DNA of 62,904 nucleotides, filler included, from Rhabdomonas costata (taxonomy: Eukaryota): assembly GCA_019059605.1 (NCBI GenBank). It is 46 parts of 46 records of this genome, joined end to end, with 100 filler letters (N's around TTAATTAATTAA, not from the genome) between each part and the next. Parts side by side here need not be neighbours in the genome. Positions count along the whole stretch, not along the records: positions 60,267 to 61,535 come from JAHMHO010021235.1; positions 61,636 to 62,904 come from JAHMHO010021236.1; 44 more parts are not named here. The stretch is one strand, 5' to 3'. Position numbers and translations under genes: made by a program. The stretch's first letter is position 1. The number at the start of each line of letters is the position of its first letter. Below the pieces are notes generated by a model. It did no database searches and was not told where the DNA came from. It saw only the letters and a list, made by a program, of their open reading frames with translations. Shown here one piece after another: positions 61,284-62,904 of the stretch.

Positions 61284-62904
61284 CTACGAAGTTGATGTCA
61301 ATCCAAATCTGATTTTGAATCAGCAACAAAAGCTCAATTTGGAGGGAAGTTTGTGCGGGATGGGACTAAAGTCAAAACAACCCCTGCAGATATTGTATAA
61401 AAAAAAGAACGAGGCGTGCTGAGGGGAAGGGAGGGTCCCTCTTTTGCCACGAACGACGTCTGCACCATGATGCAAAGGCTGGCGTTGTGGGGTATAAAGA
61501 GATTGAAAAAAAAGCCAATACAATGACAACCAACANNNNNNNNNNNNNNNNNNNNNNNNNNNNNNNNNNNNNNNNNNNNTTAATTAATTAANNNNNNNNN
61601 NNNNNNNNNNNNNNNNNNNNNNNNNNNNNNNNNNNTGTTGTGTCGTATACACGCGTTATAACGGATTCAGGAGGTGGCTCAGTAGGGCTTTCCTTGCAGC
61701 GACATGGGGATTTATGACGATGGAGGTGCAGCTCTTGTATAAAAAAGACGCGTGCTCTGCGAGACGGTTCTCGCTGAGCTTAGTCTAGTACTTGCTTCTT
61801 TGGGTCCGCCGGTCTCTGGGGACAGATTAAGACCCACCTCTGGTACCATCATTTCAGCGCTCAGGGGGGCTAAACTGGAATTTATAAGCTCGCCTGGTTC
61901 AAAATCAACATTGCCCTCACTACTGCCGACCCCTTCGACGCTTGGGTGGGCCTGTGTGTTTGTTGACGGATGCCTTTTTTCCCTGGGTACGTGTAATCCC
62001 TCCTGCCCATGCATCTTTCCTCAAAGTTTCAAATGTTTGATTAATGCTTTTGAACTGAAAAGGCGCAACACTTTCTAACTTGTGGCACAACCTTCTAGCT
62101 TCGTCTCACGTTCCACAACATTGCTTTAATAATTTTTACGCTCAGCTGGCCCACTCCTTCAACTTCGGCTGTTGACCTGCCCCTACAATGAACCCCTTAC
62201 TAGTCAGTTGCTGGTAGTTGCTGGTAAGGGGGTGCGCGTTGGCTGAGTTACCTGCGCCCACGTTGGAGGGGTAAACCCCAACCCCGCTCAGCGGGTCAAT
62301 GCGAGGGCTGGGCCCGACAGGAGTGCTGTGCATCTTCGCGCAGCAGAAGGAGAAGTAATTACAAAAAAGGGAGAAGGGGAATGCGAAAATGGAACTGTTC
62401 GAACTTTGGCGGGCCGGACACAAAACAAAAAGGAAAAGAATTAGAGAGAGCAAAAGGGAAACGCGACGGGAAGGCGGAGTGGAGGGAACTCTCAAAGAAC
62501 AGGCCCTGCACAAAGGAATAATTCCACAAGATTACTCAGCTTATTCGTGCGCTTAACGTTAAGGTTGGGGCAACTGGATAAGACGAATAAACTTCAGAAG
62601 CCCACTACGCACACAAACACGGCACCTTATCCTCCAGCCCTACCCTACAATCGAGACCAACCCTTCAATCTAATGCTGTCCCACTGCAGAGGCTAGTCCA
62701 AACCAACGATATCTTTTTCTTTTTCTTTCGAGGGACACAGGTTACCTAACCTACCTACCCAATAATCTCGAGGGAACTGCCCACACTTTGAGTAGCAAAG
62801 GGCATTTTTCTCCAACCAGTGGCAACCCAAACCCCTTCAACCCCGAGAGTTCTGGCAAACGGTGAAAAGACCCACGTACCACAAACACCAAACACACCCA
62901 CCAC

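Noticed and set aside
1271..61635. Regularly spaced identical TTAATTAATTAA units resembling a CRISPR-like or repeat array
   Set aside because: They are embedded in fixed N runs and are an artificial six-frame-stop scaffold linker.
1..62904. rRNA, tRNA, spliced-leader RNA genes, telomere arrays and euglenid non-conventional stem-loop introns
   Set aside because: None recognised by eye. All introns with both ends visible are GT-AG without evident end pairing. Covariance-model searches were not possible.

Overview
This window is not a contiguous locus. It is a concatenation of 46 unrelated ~1.27-kb contigs separated by 45 identical 100-nt spacers (N44-TTAATTAATTAA-N44, stops in all six frames), so gene neighbourhood across spacers means nothing. 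Most contigs start G/T-only and end C/A-only, two carry a TGGGTGTGTTTGG primer remnant, and about nine have perfect terminal fold-backs. This points to a GenomePlex/PicoPLEX-type whole-genome-amplified, probably single-cell, library. Most DNA comes from an intron-rich, probably flagellated eukaryote with short exons and GT-AG introns whose donor consensus is very loose; a euglenozoan/euglenid affinity is a guess. Recognisable spliced gene fragments include DNA polymerase alpha, MKT1, an AGC kinase, a CID/RPRD1 protein, a sterol glucosyltransferase-like GT1, a GT17 (MGAT3-like) protein, a bacterial-type TGS/uridine kinase, GAF, SPRY and PAN domains, a CFAP47-like protein and one-exon Cys-rich repeats. 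Decayed retroelements include an APE-LINE, two Penelope-like RTs and a DIRS-type Dam methylase. One contig is an intronless, Pseudomonas-like PQQ glucose/quinate dehydrogenase fragment. I found no convincing new multi-gene system. The best leads are uridine kinase exons on opposite strands of one contig, two glycosyltransferases with rewritten catalytic or donor motifs, symmetric phase-1 Cys-repeat exons, and an aged hairpin inside a Penelope-like element. All homology calls come from recalled motifs, not database searches.
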